28,767 nt of DNA from a virus. Its lineage: Duplodnaviria > Heunggongvirae > Uroviricota > Caudoviricetes. Positions within the stretch are counted from its first letter, which is position 1. Every line of letters starts with the position of its first letter. The position numbers and the translations under genes are program-made. The stretch lies in the IMG/VR virus record IMGVR_UViG_2778261058_000020; one strand, given 5' to 3'. Shown piece by piece: positions 27,311-28,767 of the stretch. Below the pieces are notes generated by a model. That model was not told where the DNA came from. It worked only from the letters and a program-made list of their open reading frames with translations, and searched no databases.

Positions 27311-27879
27311 CGGAATGGCTGACCGCACTGCAACAGGTCATGCCACGGGGTAAGGCATGGCCGCGTGATAACGACGCGGATTTAAACCGTTTTTTAAGGG
27401 CGCTTGCAGAGCGTTTAACCCGCGTTGAATACGACGCCTCGCGTCTGCATGTGGAGATGCGACCGGAAACCACGCTCCAGCTGCTGCCGGAGTGGGAGCA
27501 ATATCTGGCGTTGCCGGAATGCGGAATTGCTGCCACCACAACGGAAGCCCGCCGCCGGGCCGTGGTTGAGAAATACCGCCGCAAAGGCGGGCTGGCAACC
27601 TGGCAGATTGAAGCCGCTGCGGCGGCGCTGGGCTTCACTATTAAGGTGACGGCCGTTCTGCCGCACCACTGCCTGCGTGACTGCATGTATCCGCTGTATC
27701 CGGCGCGGTATCGCTGGCTGCTGAAAGTGGAAGTCCCGGACAAAGATGTCGGACGGTTTACCTGTATTGATGACGTCATGACGCCATTAATCAGCGAACG
27801 GACCCGCGAGCTGGAATGCCTGCTGAAGCATTACCGGCTGGCGGGCACGGGATATGAATATTATTACACCGGAGAATAA
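27295..27879 (+). CDS. Tail protein (Mu gp48 / DUF2313-like), 194 aa
   Basis: Track ORF; immediately upstream of tail fibre gene. Confidence 0.6.
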   Translation: MAHSVTEWLTALQQVMPRGKAWPRDNDADLNRFLRALAERLTRVEYDASRLHVEMRPETTLQLLPEWEQYLALPECGIAATTTEARRRAVVEKYRRKGGLATWQIEAAAAALGFTIKVTAVLPHHCLRDCMYPLYPARYRWLLKVEVPDKDVGRFTCIDDVMTPLISERTRELECLLKHYRLAGTGYEYYYTGE

Positions 27880-27882
27880 TTT

Positions 27883-28767
27883 ATGTTTCATGTGGATAAT
27901 CCGACGGGTGTGCCGGTAATGCCACCTGTCGCGGCTGAATTAAGCAAAACAACGCTTTATTTCACCGAAGGCGGGAATGGTATTCCGCCCACCTATCCGG
28001 GGCCGGACTGGTTTAATATTATTCAGTCCGAACTGCTGGAAATTCTCCGGCAGGCAAATATCAAACCGGATAAAAACACCACCGACCAGATTATGACGGC
28101 GCTGAAAAAACTGTTTATTACGAACAGTGGTTCAGCCGGAGCTATTGCCGGATTAACCGGTCAGAATAATACGTTCCCGTATTTTACGGGCGAAGACACA
28201 ATGGCATTAACGCCGCTCAGTGCTTTTGTGCGCGGTATTCTCGGCAAAGAAAGTGCAACAGATTTTGCAGATGCACTGAAAGTCATAAAACAATCAGGTG
28301 GCACGATGACAGGAGAGCTGAAAATCCGTGGTGTTAATGCGCTGAGGATTTTCAACGACGCTTTTGGCCTTATTTTTCGTCGTTCGGAAGAGTGCCTGCA
28401 CCTTATCCCTACCAGTGAAGGTCAGGGCGAGAATGGCGATATTGGTCCACTTCGACCGTTCACTATTAATCTGCGGACGGGTGAAATATCCATGTCGCAT
28501 AAAGTGTCTGTTGGCGGCGGTTCTCAGGTCAATGGTGCGCTGGGTATCGGCGTTCAGAACGCGCTGGGTGGAAACTCAATTGCTTTCGGGGATAACGATA
28601 CCGGCCTGAAACAGAATGGTGACGGCCTGCTGGATGTTTATGCCAATGGTCAGCACGTATTCCGTTTTCAGAATGGCGCGTTACAAAGTAACCGGGCAGT
28701 GAATGTTTCAGGGCGGGTAACACCGTCAGACTACGGAAACTTTGATGCCCGTTACCAGACCAAAACA
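27883..28767 (+). CDS. S: Tail fibre protein S (Mu gp49-like), 3'-truncated at window end
   Basis: Not in the ORF track because no stop is reached; GGAG RBS then ATG at 27883; I translated it by hand with no stop codon through 28767 (MFHVDNPTGVPVMPPVAAELSKTTLYFTEGGNG...). Confidence 0.7.
   Translation, partial: MFHVDNPTGVPVMPPVAAELSKTTLYFTEGGNGIPPTYPGPDWFNIIQSELLEILRQANIKPDKNTTDQIMTALKKLFITNSGSAGAIAGLTGQNNTFPYFTGEDTMALTPLSAFVRGILGKESATDFADALKVIKQSGGTMTGELKIRGVNALRIFNDAFGLIFRRSEECLHLIPTSEGQGENGDIGPLRPFTINLRTGEISMSHKVSVGGGSQVNGALGIGVQNALGGNSIAFGDNDTGLKQNGDGLLDVYANGQHVFRFQNGALQSNRAVNVSGRVTPSDYGNFDARYQTKT

Larger units (their letters stand above)
1..28767 (+). mobile_element. Mu-like transposable prophage, internal portion (transposase A through tail fibre S); both ends outside window
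   Basis: Uninterrupted + strand gene order A-B-kil-gam-gemA-mor-lysis-terminase-portal-F-I-T-sheath-tube-tape measure-N-P-Q-baseplate-S with short overlaps between genes; translated ORFs recognisably match the phage Mu proteome. Confidence 0.9.

Overview
The whole window reads as one co-directional (+ strand) Mu-like transposable prophage, from the DDE transposase gene A at nt 1 to a tail-fibre gene truncated at the window end. Order: A, B, a semi-essential early block (kil-like, small unknown ORFs, gam, gemA-like, mor-like), a signal-peptide protein gene, a GH108-type endolysin with membrane-protein neighbours, DUF3486 small-terminase-like, large terminase, portal, head morphogenesis F, protease/scaffold I, major head T, head-tail joining genes, sheath, tube, frameshifted tail chaperone, tape measure, N, baseplate genes and tail fibre S (3' partial). 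The left end (repressor c, ner, attL) and right end (rest of S, U, invertible segment, mom, attR) are outside the window. No rRNA, tRNA or CRISPR array was seen. All minus-strand ORFs in the track overlap + strand genes and are treated as spurious. Family assignments come from my own recognition of the translated ORFs; no search was run. The parts most worth a second look are: (1) the small-ORF clusters between B and gam and between gam and gemA, which are candidate host-takeover or anti-defence genes; (2) a signal-peptide protein gene sitting where Mu carries the late activator C, with no second Mor/C-type ORF visible anywhere in the window; (3) a 44-nt terminator/dyad cassette present in two copies, upstream of lys and of I; (4) the repeat-dense F-I intergenic region, where gene G is absent; (5) a lysis cassette that differs from canonical Mu.
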